55,234 nt of DNA from a virus (IMGVR_UViG_3300027895_000007:1-55234), one strand, 5' to 3'. Numbered from the stretch's first letter, positions 45,914 to 54,637 are shown. Numbers and translations: made by a program. The notes: a model not told the origin generated them from the letters alone.

Positions 45914-46270
45914 ATGAAACACCTATTCTCGTTCATGCTGTTGTTCGCTTCCTGCCCGCTGGCGTCCGCTCAGCAACCGGGCCAGATCGGCGCATACCAT
46001 GGCGAGAAGTTGGTGAACGGCACCTGGTTCACGTCGGCGCTGTTCGCCGACTACAAGGACGCCGACGAGTGGATCGGTAAGCAGCGAGGGCCTCGCCGCG
46101 TCACCGATGAAAACGGCCTGCTCGTGCTTGGGCCGTTCGACGTGGCAGCAGCCCGCGAGATACCGCTTCCCGCAGAGGCTCCGGCGTCGCCGAAGGTGGG
46201 CGGTCGTGGCTTCCAGTGGATCAAGACGCCAGGTTCGCCGCGCACTCGCACCACGGGGATCAACCGATGA
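45914..46270 (+). CDS. Putative secreted protein
   Basis: Signal peptide MKHLFSFMLLFASCPLASA; GAGGA RBS. Confidence 0.6.
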   Translation: MKHLFSFMLLFASCPLASAQQPGQIGAYHGEKLVNGTWFTSALFADYKDADEWIGKQRGPRRVTDENGLLVLGPFDVAAAREIPLPAEAPASPKVGGRGFQWIKTPGSPRTRTTGINR

Positions 46271-46494
46271 TACGAGGCATTCTCCAGAACACGATGAACG
46301 GTCAGTTGCTACCGGACAATCAAATTGTTCTGAACGGCGATATTGCCGTCTGGCAGTTGCAGTACGATCCACCATTGCTTCCGACCTTGCAGAGTATGGC
46401 CGGAAAATATGTTGTGGTTTACGGCGAACAAGTTGAAACTCTTGGCTACGGTGGTGTGTTTAAGGTGGACGCCGTGCAGGAGACAACGCCATGA
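46267..46494 (+). CDS. Hypothetical protein
   Basis: ATGA coupling. Confidence 0.5.
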   Translation: MIRGILQNTMNGQLLPDNQIVLNGDIAVWQLQYDPPLLPTLQSMAGKYVVVYGEQVETLGYGGVFKVDAVQETTP

Positions 46495-46671
46495 GCTTCG
46501 ACGACATCGTAGAGGGGAGTGTCTGCCACATACGCGGTGGCACGTCGCAGACGGTCATTGCCACGAAGCCGCACAAGGAGCAGGACGGCATGCGGATAGT
46601 GGCGTGGGAGACGACGAACGGCGTGGACATCATCACGCCGGAAAACTTCCTTGGATTCGAGGGCATGTAGC

Positions 46672-46881
46672 ATGGCGTTTCTCCTGCTGACGAAGTACGC
46701 TCTGCCCGGCGGTCAAGGCAATTCGTTCGATCTGGGCAAGTTCCCCGACCTGGACAGTGCCAAGGAACGACTGGCGTTCTACAAGCAGCAGAGTGCGCCA
46801 CACGAGCAAGAGTATCGAGACGGTGGTATGGCGACGGGGCCGATCCTGATGGAGAGTGCCATCGTCGAAGAGGTTGAATAG
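46672..46881 (+). CDS. Hypothetical protein
   Basis: GAGGG RBS. Confidence 0.5.
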   Translation: MAFLLLTKYALPGGQGNSFDLGKFPDLDSAKERLAFYKQQSAPHEQEYRDGGMATGPILMESAIVEEVE

Positions 46882-46916
46882 ATCAAGCAACCAATCCTGT
46901 TTCAAAGGAGCGATTC

Positions 46917-48587
46917 ATGTTCTCGAAGTTCCGATCCTGGCTGACGCCGCTCGCGGTGACAGCCGCATTCGTCGGGTTGTTCATCCTTGCGCCGGTCCAA
47001 GCCGATACGAAGGAGCCGCCGCGGGCCGATCCTGCCGCGCAGACCGCCGAAGACGAAGCGATCATTCGCGACTACGAACTGGCTCAGGTCGGACCCCCCC
47101 CTGAACTGATGGACCTGGCCGGGCCACCAATTGAGCTGATGACGCGGAAGTCATTCGCTTACGTCTCTGCGTGCAACTGCAACATCTACAACCGAGTGGT
47201 CGGCCAGCTGGCGCAAGCGGTCGTCGGCAACCTGCTGCTCTATCAACCAGCAGTAAAGCCGAATCCGAAAGCTCACGGACGCGGTTACAAGCTGCCGCCA
47301 CTAAAGGTGCGGCAGGCTCGGCATCGGGTGAGCGCCGCCAAACATGGGGCGATGCTGAAGGCTCTGCCGGTGGCAACGCAGACGGTGTACGACGCCCGCA
47401 TGGCGACGGGTGGCAGTTGTGTTCCGCCGACAGGCAACCAGGGCGGGTGTGGCGACTGTTACGAATGGTCTGGCCTGAAGGCTGCTTCGGCGGCACAGAT
47501 GGTGGCCGGAGTCGAAAAACCTGGCAGCGGATTCATGCTGTCCACTCAGTACCCGCTCGATTGCCATCCTGAGCTTGGCGGCTGCGGAGGTGGAGACGAG
47601 TATCAGGTGTCGCAGTTGGTGCAGTCGAATGGCTGCCCGTCGATGAAGGATTACCCTGGCGCTGGTCAGAATCCCGGCAACTGCCAGGACATCTCCAAGC
47701 TGAAGCTGTACACGATCACCTCCATCGTCTATTGCTCCCCGACTGTGGCCGGCGACGGGGTGGCCGTAACGCAGGATATCAAGAATTGCGTGGTCGCCTA
47801 CGGGTACGTCTCGGTTGCTGCCGACGCGAGCAATTGGGACAATGTAGACAACACCACGACCATCACCGGCAACGGCACGTCGATTGACCACGCCATCGGC
47901 ATCGTCGGGTGGGATGACAACCACGACAACGGTGACGGAACCAAGGGTGCTTGGATCATGCAAAATCAGTGGGACGTGACGTGGGGCGGAACCTGCTCCA
48001 ACACGATGAATCCAAACGCGGCAGAGGGTGGCTACGCGTGGGTGAAGTACGGGGCCGATTCGCTGGGCACGGAGGCGTTCTTCTGCATCGCCACGGCGGT
48101 CACTCCGCCTCCGCCGCCGCCTCCGCCTCCGCCTCCGCCTTCAGGGTTCAGCGGCACGGTCACGAGTACATATGCTGGAGGTGTGCTGATCTCGATTTCG
48201 GCAACACCAGCCGCGGCCAAGCCAGCGAAGCCGAAGACGGCGAAGCAGCAGGCAGCCTACGACGCAACGCTGAAATTGCTGCAAGCAGTCAACCCAAACC
48301 CGGTGGGCTTTTCGTGGCAGGGACTGCTCATTCAAATTGATTTGGCTGTCGCGCAATACGGTCCAGAGGCCGCCGCGATCATTCAGGCTTACGTGGCCAC
48401 GTTGAATCTGAGCCCCTTCGAGTCTAACCTTGTTAATTTTCTTGTCGAAATTTTGATCGGTGGCGGGACTGCCAAGACTGCCAGTTACGCCGATCAAGTG
48501 ACAGCGTGTTCAACAGCGACGGGAAACTACCTCTATAGTTCACCGCGCCCCAGGCTGTTGCAGCGTCTCTTTCGGAGGAATCGTTAG
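46917..48587 (+). CDS. Secreted papain-like (C1) cysteine peptidase
   Basis: Signal peptide; NQGGCGDC (Gln, Cys), DHAIGIVGW (His), QNQW...WG (Asn), GYAWV.YG; poly-Pro linker; AAGGAG RBS. Confidence 0.88.
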   Translation: MFSKFRSWLTPLAVTAAFVGLFILAPVQADTKEPPRADPAAQTAEDEAIIRDYELAQVGPPPELMDLAGPPIELMTRKSFAYVSACNCNIYNRVVGQLAQAVVGNLLLYQPAVKPNPKAHGRGYKLPPLKVRQARHRVSAAKHGAMLKALPVATQTVYDARMATGGSCVPPTGNQGGCGDCYEWSGLKAASAAQMVAGVEKPGSGFMLSTQYPLDCHPELGGCGGGDEYQVSQLVQSNGCPSMKDYPGAGQNPGNCQDISKLKLYTITSIVYCSPTVAGDGVAVTQDIKNCVVAYGYVSVAADASNWDNVDNTTTITGNGTSIDHAIGIVGWDDNHDNGDGTKGAWIMQNQWDVTWGGTCSNTMNPNAAEGGYAWVKYGADSLGTEAFFCIATAVTPPPPPPPPPPPPSGFSGTVTSTYAGGVLISISATPAAAKPAKPKTAKQQAAYDATLKLLQAVNPNPVGFSWQGLLIQIDLAVAQYGPEAAAIIQAYVATLNLSPFESNLVNFLVEILIGGGTAKTASYADQVTACSTATGNYLYSSPRPRLLQRLFRRNR

Positions 48588-49297
48588 TCAACGTGTTTCC
48601 ATGTCCTTCGACGAACGACACTCCTTATGGTTGTTTCGCCAGCATTATATTCACGAGCAAGAGCGGCTATGGTAACACCTTGGCCGTGTCTTGCTCGGAT
48701 GGATCGAACGTCAGAATCAGTCAGTACGGCGTTGCCAATTGCCGTTCCCTTGGCTTGCCGATTCTTGGCGTCCCTATCAGCGATGTTGTCGAGATTGGTT
48801 CCTAAGAAAAAGTGGGTCGGATTGATGCAAGACGGATTATCTCCTCCAGGGCAGTTGTGAAGCACACACAATCCATCTGGTATCGAACCGATCAAAAGCA
48901 TGTAAGACAAGCGATGAGCCGAGATGTTCTTTTTGTCGATGGCCCTTGATAGATAGCCATACCCAGTGTCCCTATTGAAATCGCCGGCCCAAAGAATGCA
49001 ACCAGTTGGAGTCTTTTTTCCGATGCGAGCGAAGAAGCGATCTTCAAGCGAAATAGAGCGAGCACAACTGACCGAACAGAAATCACATGGCTGCTGGGCG
49101 AGAACACTTGGCTTGACATGGAATTCTTTTCCGCAAAGCTGACAAGTGCGAGCGACAAGAGGAACCCTTTTGCCAATTCCGCGACATCGCATTGAGCAGA
49201 ACGATCCGCAGCCCTGCTTAATCCGAGATGGAGTCAAAAGGAAAGTCTTTCCGCAGGTTTGACAGGAGTAGGCGACGTGCTTACATTGAATCGGCAT
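48584..49297 (-). CDS. HNH homing-type endonuclease with N-terminal Zn-finger repeats and C-terminal HTH
   Basis: CxxCGK.F...FCS..C twice; AHRLSY, VLH.C..DNPSCINP.H..LGT..DN..D; own TAGAAT and hairpin leader at ~49300-49370. Confidence 0.9.
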   Translation of the reverse strand: MPIQCKHVAYSCQTCGKTFLLTPSRIKQGCGSFCSMRCRGIGKRVPLVARTCQLCGKEFHVKPSVLAQQPCDFCSVSCARSISLEDRFFARIGKKTPTGCILWAGDFNRDTGYGYLSRAIDKKNISAHRLSYMLLIGSIPDGLCVLHNCPGGDNPSCINPTHFFLGTNLDNIADRDAKNRQAKGTAIGNAVLTDSDVRSIRARHGQGVTIAALAREYNAGETTIRSVVRRRTWKHVD

Positions 49298-49576
49298 GGC
49301 TGACCTTTCTGTTCAAGGTTCGCTGTGAGTGACGGCGTGCTTCAACACGGCCGTCACATTATTCTACAGGATGCGCAGGATGAGACAACCGTTGATCCTG
49401 CTCCGCTTGCTGTGCTGGTGGAGAGGCTGGCACGTCTCTCCACCAGGCTATGGCTGGCTGTTCGCGTGCGGAGGCTTCGAGGTTCCTTGCTCCGTCTGCG
49501 GGCTGGCGGTCAGGGTGAAGGACGGGTTGGAACCGCATCCGGAAGCGAAGAGGCAATGAGTATCCCTTGCGGCTCC

Positions 49577-49651
49577 CTCACGGTAGCTCAATCGGTAGAG
49601 CAGCGGAGATTCTTGATCCGCAGGCTGAGTGTTCGAGTCACTCCCGTCGCT
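49577..49651 (+). tRNA. Degenerate tRNA-like gene (Lys-like body, 9-nt anticodon loop)
   Basis: TAGCTCAATCGGTAGAGCA D-arm, GCGGA-GATTCTTGA-TCCGC, GAGTG-TTCGAGT-CACTC; only 4-bp acceptor stem. Confidence 0.55.
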
Positions 49652-49772
49652 GTGGCTCAGCCGTTAGTGGTCTGGGACGCTAACTACCGCTATGATACCC
49701 GGTGGAGAGAAACAGCCGTCGCCGTCTCCCGGCGGTGTCCGAACTACGGCGGAGACACGACTTTTAAGCGTA

Positions 49773-49831
49773 CAGTGGTAGCGGGATGTGTAGATGAGTA
49801 GGAACATCTGCGGACTACCCCGCTGCCGCTG
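49773..49831 (+). repeat. Internal-loop hairpin motif, copy 2
   Basis: GCGGGATGTGT...CGGACTACCCCGC embedded in a 13-bp outer stem. Confidence 0.7.
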
Positions 49832-49844
49832 AAAGGGAACAATC

Positions 49845-50423
49845 GTGGAAGACTCCGACCGTGAGCTCTGGAAAGAGACGAACGAACTCCTGATGCGACT
49901 CGTCATCGTTTCTGAAGCGAGCGGCATCTTCTTGGAGTCCATCAGCCAATCGCTCGCTATAATCGCTCAGTGTTGTCCGTGTGCTCCTGTTCCGTCCGAT
50001 CTTGAAATCCTTGTGAAAGGGAGAACCACGATGGCGAAGAAAGTGAAATTGACGATGAAGTCTGGCAAGGGCCAGGTCATGCCGTCCATCAACCTCAGTG
50101 ACCTTGTGGCGGCCGGCAACGGCTTGCAACTTCAGCTTGTCGATGCGTCCGGCGCGCCGTTCAACATCACCGATCCGACGTTGGTCACGACGACTCTCAC
50201 CACAGACAATGCGAGCGTGGTTCCGGCCGCAGGCGTCGATTCGCTCCACTACTTGTTAAGCGTGCCGTCCCCGTTGTCCAGCAGCAGCACGACTCTTAAC
50301 GTGTCGGCGACATTGGCCTATGTCGCCGGTACTCCTGGGCCGTTCACGGCCAGTTTACCAATTTTGTTAAACTTGCCAGTGCCTACGCCGACGCCTACTG
50401 ATCTGCAAATCTTGATCGGCTAA
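49845..50423 (+). CDS. Ig-like beta protein with two in-frame starts (49845 and 50031)
   Basis: AAAGGGA-type RBS before both starts. Confidence 0.6.
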   Translation: MEDSDRELWKETNELLMRLVIVSEASGIFLESISQSLAIIAQCCPCAPVPSDLEILVKGRTTMAKKVKLTMKSGKGQVMPSINLSDLVAAGNGLQLQLVDASGAPFNITDPTLVTTTLTTDNASVVPAAGVDSLHYLLSVPSPLSSSSTTLNVSATLAYVAGTPGPFTASLPILLNLPVPTPTPTDLQILIG

Positions 50424-50511
50424 CCGCGTCTCTGGCCGTGTCCCGTCGCGTACCTGTTCCCCAGGGTCCAATATGACGGCGGGCACGGCCATTGGTCTCA
50501 ATGGGTGAAGC

Positions 50512-50721
50512 ATGACCTACACCATCACGCAGAAGTTCGCTGGCGTCTACGAGATCATAGGTCAATGGCCGCTGCAAGTCGGTGAGTACCTGTTTTCGCA
50601 GTTCGTGCCCGGGCCAGTGGTGCGTGCTCAGGTGTCTCTGACTCAATGGCCGCACACTTACAACCTAACGAACATCTCCGGGCCACTGCCGGACGGCGAT
50701 TACAAGGTGACGGCGATATGA
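50512..50721 (+). CDS. Small beta protein, likely paralog of 43267..43485
   Basis: MTYT...LPDGDY.V. Confidence 0.55.
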   Translation: MTYTITQKFAGVYEIIGQWPLQVGEYLFSQFVPGPVVRAQVSLTQWPHTYNLTNISGPLPDGDYKVTAI

Positions 50722-51608
50722 CACAGATCGAACTCCTGCAAGACCAGCTAAACTCCCTGAACCGGGTGCATACCCTGTGCGTCGCTCATCTCCAACGCAT
50801 GCAATCAGCCGTAGCTCGCGTCCCAGGCTGTTTCACGCAAGACGAGATGGATGAGGCTCAGAAAGCCGTTGAGGATGCGTGGCAGGCCATCGACACGAAG
50901 CAAATGGAGATTGCGGAAGCGCAGAGACCGAGTGAAGGCAACATGCTGCTGCGGAGCGCTCACGAGGTTATGCTTCGCAAGGGAACGGAGACGAATTGGG
51001 ACGCACTTCGCAACGGAATCCGGCGAGAGTTGCTTCGGCAGGCGGGGCTATCACCAGACACGACGGACGAGCAACTGGTCTTACGAGCGACCTGCACGCC
51101 GCGGACCTATCGGCTATGCGGCACGATTGCCGTGGAGGATGCGCAGGCCAAGCGTGCGGCGCTGGATGCGGCAAAGACAGCCGAGCCATCCGTGGGTATT
51201 ACGCTGGATGCGCTGGCAACTCTCATTCAGGACTTACCGGCGTACTCACGGCAGGGTAAAGCTATAGTCCACTTTCAGGACACCTATCTGCGCGGAGTGT
51301 TCATCACTGGCCTGACAGTCACCAGTAACGGCGTGGCAACAATCGTTTCGGCTATGCCATTAAGCGACACGACCGCTGTGAAGAACGCTCCGTCGTCTCC
51401 GCAGCCGACACTGAGGCAGTTGGCCAACGCGATCTTGGCACGACCGGATTACGAACTGGACATGCCGGCCGAAGTGTTCCTGCCTGACAACGACGCCGGC
51501 AAGCGGTTCTATCCGATCGCCGGCATCGGCGATGTGGCCGATCACGGACCTGCGATAACGGCGCAATGGCCGAAGAACGGCACGATTGCCGTGGAGGACG
51601 CGAAGTGA
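50718..51608 (+). CDS. Mosaic hypothetical protein with internal duplication
   Basis: GTIAVEDA twice; two TL..LA..I...P.Y modules. Confidence 0.6.
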   Translation: MTQIELLQDQLNSLNRVHTLCVAHLQRMQSAVARVPGCFTQDEMDEAQKAVEDAWQAIDTKQMEIAEAQRPSEGNMLLRSAHEVMLRKGTETNWDALRNGIRRELLRQAGLSPDTTDEQLVLRATCTPRTYRLCGTIAVEDAQAKRAALDAAKTAEPSVGITLDALATLIQDLPAYSRQGKAIVHFQDTYLRGVFITGLTVTSNGVATIVSAMPLSDTTAVKNAPSSPQPTLRQLANAILARPDYELDMPAEVFLPDNDAGKRFYPIAGIGDVADHGPAITAQWPKNGTIAVEDAK

Positions 51609-51738
51609 ACGACTACGAGCAGTGGCTCACGTTCGAGATCGATCGCCTGCAACGGCTGCTGTGCGGGCGTCCCAATCAGACGTTGCAGATGCAGCTGGTA
51701 GCTTACACGTTCGCCCTGTCCAAATATCGGATGATGAA

Positions 51739-52119
51739 ATGAAACACTTGGCCATCGCGCTCTTGCTGCTCTGCCCGCTGTCCGCAGTAGCTCAACCGCC
51801 GCGCAACTACCCCAACCAGTGCGAGCGAGAGGAATGGACCGCCGTCCAAATCCACAACAGTGGTTGCGTTGGTGTCCGCTACCAGCTGCGAGGCCAGGGA
51901 GGTGTGTGGGGCACATTTATAGTCCACCCTGGCGAAGTCATGTGCCACTGGTCGCGATATAGAGAGCGGCATTTCGAGATCGTCTTCGACGGGATCCGCA
52001 ACGGCGACAGGGCATACAAGTTGGAGACCCGCATAACAGACGATAAGTGGGAAGGTGAGGACTATGTGTTCCGCTTCTCCAAGTGCGGATGCTACCTCGA
52101 TATATTCAGGGCGCGGTGA
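51739..52119 (+). CDS. Putative secreted protein
   Basis: Signal peptide MKHLAIALLLLCPLSAVA. Confidence 0.65.
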   Translation: MKHLAIALLLLCPLSAVAQPPRNYPNQCEREEWTAVQIHNSGCVGVRYQLRGQGGVWGTFIVHPGEVMCHWSRYRERHFEIVFDGIRNGDRAYKLETRITDDKWEGEDYVFRFSKCGCYLDIFRAR

Positions 52120-52225
52120 TGTCCGAATTGGTGACCGCTCGCTACCTCTGGTGTGACCGCATGCTGTGCGTGCTGCTTGGCATCGTGCTGGGCGGCAGCG
52201 GAGTGTTCCTGCTGGGAAAGCTGCC

Positions 52226-52444
52226 ATGACTGACGTCGCGAAAGCACAGCTGGCGATGAACCGCTTGAACAAGTCTCTGCTGCGCCGCAACTTCGCCGCC
52301 GACGAGCTGAAACGCAAGCCGAAAGACAAGGCTCTGCGGCTGGCCTGGGAACTGGCCGAACTGGACGTGCGGGCGGCGACGATAAGGCTTGAGGCGTTGC
52401 CAGGTATCCCATCGATAAACCCAAAGGAGAAATCTCATGCGTAA
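52226..52444 (+). CDS. Hypothetical helical protein
   Basis: ORF track; GGGA upstream. Confidence 0.5.
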   Translation: MTDVAKAQLAMNRLNKSLLRRNFAADELKRKPKDKALRLAWELAELDVRAATIRLEALPGIPSINPKEKSHA

Positions 52445-52880
52445 GCTCGTCTTCATCGTCATGCTGGCCATCGTCGTGGCCTTTCTGCGTCCGCTCTCTG
52501 TTCACGCGGGCCCGGGAGACCTGAAATGTGATCGCAACCCGTTCTGCACCTGCTACGCGCGAGTCGGGCAATGCGACTGCGTTGGCTGTGTGTGCGGGCT
52601 GCTCGCGTTGGCCGATCCTGTCCCGGTTCCAACCGCAACGCCGAAGTGGTACGTCGCCGTGGCCAGCCAAGGGACGCCGTATTTCGACGCCGCGGGCCGT
52701 CAGATAGGGTGGCTGGAGGCCGATACGAAGCTCTACTACCCGCTGGACAGGGCCACGGACGGTTTTGGCAAGCCGTGCGCGCCACCGGCGACACCTCGGC
52801 CGGCAGCGGCACCGGTCAAGGGGCATTGGGAGATGCGCTGCAACGGGCGGACGTGCTCTCAGGTGTGGGTTGCCGACTGA
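52437..52880 (+). CDS. Secreted Cys-rich protein
   Basis: AAGGAG RBS; signal peptide; CTC..CDC.GC.C; C-terminal CNGRTC. Confidence 0.7.
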   Translation: MRKLVFIVMLAIVVAFLRPLSVHAGPGDLKCDRNPFCTCYARVGQCDCVGCVCGLLALADPVPVPTATPKWYVAVASQGTPYFDAAGRQIGWLEADTKLYYPLDRATDGFGKPCAPPATPRPAAAPVKGHWEMRCNGRTCSQVWVAD

Positions 52881-52889
52881 CCATCCCCT

Positions 52890-53022
52890 CGCCTTCCTGC
52901 CGCCCCATCTTTTACGAGCCGGCGTGCAGGAGGGCTTTTGAAACTGGCCGGAGGCTTTTGGAGAAGAGTCACTCCGGCTGGGCCGCCGCTGCATTTTGGG
53001 CGAATGGGGCGGCGGTTTTTGA
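52890..53022. terminator. Cluster of hairpins with T-tracts ending the rightward operon
   Basis: GCCTTCCTGC/GCAGGAGGGC+TTTT and CCGCCGC/GCGGCGG+TTTTT. Confidence 0.6.
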
Positions 53023-53207
53023 TTTCTTTCCATTCGCGGTAGACGTAGATTTTGAATATCATAGCGCCCAGCCCACGTCTTCAAAAGCCACACAGAACGA
53101 TGTGTTTGGCCACACCACGAAGACGACCTCGCCCGCGTTGGCTATCAGTGGCCGGCGCGTTAAGTTCCAGACGGTCAGCGTGTGGGCGTCGCGGTCGATC
53201 AGTATTT

Positions 53208-53450
53208 TCATGGCTGCATTCCCGGACAATGCGTTTTCCCCTGAGCTTCACACGCCCACTCCAAGGCGTCTTTCAATGCCTTGGACTTTGCTCCTGGGCC
53301 ATAGAATATACACGTCCAATGCACTTCATTGCCGGTGTCATCCGTGATGATGCCCTGATAACCTCCGTGCGCGAAGACACGCTTGGAGAGCACGGTGTAG
53401 CGGCCTTCGTTGGAGGGCGAAGGTTGCCCGGTTTTGACGGGCGGTGGCAT
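53208..53450 (-). CDS. Small divergently transcribed hypothetical protein
   Basis: AGGAG RBS on the minus strand before the ATG at 53450. Confidence 0.5.
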   Translation of the reverse strand: MPPPVKTGQPSPSNEGRYTVLSKRVFAHGGYQGIITDDTGNEVHWTCIFYGPGAKSKALKDALEWACEAQGKTHCPGMQP

Positions 53451-53473
53451 GGTGGATTCTCCTGCGTTAGCGG

Positions 53474-53519
53474 TTGACAAAACTGTACATAGCGTACTAT
53501 TATTACGCGGTGTACGACC
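53474..53519 (+). promoter_or_regulatory. Promoter/operator for the XRE gene
   Basis: TTGACA-18 nt-TATTAT; TGTACGACC box at 53511. Confidence 0.6.
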
Positions 53520-53536
53520 AAAAGCAAGAGGCAGTC

Positions 53537-53740
53537 ATGAAAACACGACAGACGGTAGGACAGATTATCCGGGCCGCACGCGACAAAAAGCGACTGTTGC
53601 AGTCGGAGGTTGCGCACGACCTGAAGGTCAGCGTTGAGCTGGTCCGCTCGATTGAGCGGGATCGACGCGGAGTATCCGTCGCACTTTTGCGGCCTATTTC
53701 CAGGCTGCTCGATATTCCGCTGGAAAAGTTGGTTCCGTAA
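53537..53740 (+). CDS. XRE / Cro-like HTH regulator
   Basis: VGQIIRAAR....LLQSEVA..L.VS...VRSIER pattern. Confidence 0.88.
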   Translation: MKTRQTVGQIIRAARDKKRLLQSEVAHDLKVSVELVRSIERDRRGVSVALLRPISRLLDIPLEKLVP

Positions 53741-53804
53741 CTCCAATCCGGACAACGCTTTTCCGAAAACTTGCACTTTATTTCGATAAATCGGTAAAAC
53801 CGCC

Positions 53805-53833
53805 TTGACAAAATGTACGACCGGAAGTAAGAT
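53805..53833 (+). promoter_or_regulatory. Early promoter with operator-like box in the spacer
   Basis: TTGACA-17 nt-TAAGAT; TGTACGACC at 53814. Confidence 0.7.
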
Positions 53834-53879
53834 ACTAGAGTCAAGTTGAAACGACCGAACGACACACGAGGGAAGAACG

Positions 53880-53948
53880 ATGGCCGGTATCCTGATTATC
53901 GCTGGCGTCGTGATCATCGGAACCTGGTCCGTGTGGACGGCTCGGTAA
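53880..53948 (+). CDS. 22-aa single-TM peptide
   Basis: MAGILIIAGVVIIGTWSVWTAR; GAGGG RBS. Confidence 0.5.
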   Translation: MAGILIIAGVVIIGTWSVWTAR

Positions 53949-53991
53949 ACACACCAGGCCCCACCGGGCCGCAAGATGAGGAGATCGAGAA

Positions 53992-54189
53992 ATGGCCAGC
54001 AAGCATCTGAAGACGATTCATTTGGTCGGCGGCAACGAGATCAATCTGTACAGCGACGATGACGGCTACCATGCAGAACACTGGAATCAGTCGCGGCAAT
54101 GCATCACGATCCAGGGGGGCGATTGCGCCACAGAGGAGGAGGCGCTAGAGGCCGCCGGCTACGATCCAGGCTTGGCAGTGGCTCGCTGA
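53992..54189 (+). CDS. Small acidic early protein
   Basis: GAGGAG RBS. Confidence 0.65.
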   Translation: MASKHLKTIHLVGGNEINLYSDDDGYHAEHWNQSRQCITIQGGDCATEEEALEAAGYDPGLAVAR

Positions 54190-54360
54190 CAGCCACCCTT
54201 TCGCCCCGGCGTGCTACCGAGCCGACAAATCGGTGGAGCTTGCGGCAGGCTAACTGCCGCACCGCTGGCGACTGGCGTTCAGCGAGTGGCGCTACCCGGA
54301 AACGACGGCGGAAGAGGAGCGGTTCTGGGCGATGACAACACCGGAGTTTTAGCGAAGAAA

Positions 54361-54561
54361 ATGAAAGACATCAAAATCGGCAAGTGGTACGAGACGCGGC
54401 AGGGAGCCGATAAGGTCAAAGCGGCGGATCGGATGGCCGATTGCGCAGAGGCGTTATTGGCGGCGATCGAGGGTGGCGAAAATATCGCCTATCGTGACCG
54501 ACTATGGGAGGCAATCCGCAGTTACCGCATTGCCCCCGGACAGGATACGGGTGACCAGTAA
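54361..54561 (+). CDS. Hypothetical protein
   Basis: In-frame ATG within an ORF-track frame. Confidence 0.45.
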   Translation: MKDIKIGKWYETRQGADKVKAADRMADCAEALLAAIEGGENIAYRDRLWEAIRSYRIAPGQDTGDQ

Positions 54562-54637
54562 ACCGGCTTTTGTGCCTGCTTGCCACCGTTTTTGATTGTC
54601 TGAATCAAAACACGAGTCATTAAAAGGAGCTACTCGA

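Noticed and set aside
5268-53093. Long minus-strand ORFs (e.g. 18427..19284, 26445..27479, 52092..53093)
   Set aside because: They lie opposite well-supported + strand genes and are typical high-GC antisense shadows without motifs.
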